39,249 nucleotides of DNA from a virus (taxonomy: Duplodnaviria > Heunggongvirae > Uroviricota > Caudoviricetes), in the IMG/VR virus record IMGVR_UViG_2519899835_000006; one strand, written 5' to 3'. Both the position numbers and the translations under genes were made by a program. Below the pieces are notes generated by a model, which saw nothing but the letters and a program-made list of their open reading frames with translations, searched no databases and had not been told where the DNA came from. How positions within the stretch are numbered: position 1 is the first letter of the stretch; each line of letters starts with the position of its first letter. Positions 39,136-39,249 of the stretch are shown in pieces.

Positions 39136-39249
39136 TTAATCCACTCCCACTTTTTTGTTGTACTCGCGGTTAAACCGATCCACGGCAACCTTCATATCCC
39201 GCTCTACCGATTTCACCATCGCCGCCTGCTGCGCCAGACTGAGAGAACT
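39136..39249 (-). CDS. 3' end of a - strand ORF whose start lies beyond the window (unknown product)
   Basis: Open frame reading ...SLSLAQQAAMVKSVERDMKVAVDRFNREYNKKVGVD with stop at 39136-39138. Confidence 0.3.
   Translation of the reverse strand, partial: SSLSLAQQAAMVKSVERDMKVAVDRFNREYNKKVGVD

Overview
The window is almost entirely one P22/Sf6-like lambdoid podovirus genome (prophage or phage) with a mosaic of lambda-type and P22-type modules. All calls rest on reading the supplied ORF translations and the DNA by eye; no searches were run. Order along the + strand: P4-family tyrosine integrase (1-1158); an AT-rich O-antigen acyltransferase-like moron; tailspike with a P22-type head-binding N-terminus (-); immI region (ant, arc, mnt) with two exported-protein morons at the sieA position; virion module on the - strand (gp16/gp20/gp7-like ejection proteins, gp14, tail needle, gp10, gp4, coat, scaffold, portal, TerL, TerS); lambda-type lysis cassette (S, R, Rz/Rz1); two phage tRNAs (Thr-UGU, Asn-GUU); Q-like antiterminator; nin region (ninI/H/G/F/X/E/B); DnaB-like helicase and O-like initiator with embedded ori iterons; lambda-type cII; P22-type cro, c2 and operators; N-like antiterminator with nutL/nutR; then the early-left operon (membrane SieB-like protein, an unusual ER/K-rich 322-aa protein, cIII, kil-like, Erf, SSB-like, Ead/Ea22-like, DUF551 protein). 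The right end holds a decayed GepA/Panacea-like fragment and a truncated ORF. No CRISPR array or IS element was seen. The candidates most worth follow-up as undescribed accessory functions are the mnt-operon exported pair (7053-7878), the ER/K-rich protein (33565-34533), the small membrane-protein cluster (27389-28085) and the ORF-free 440 bp between Rz and the terminase genes; attP/att ends could not be located.
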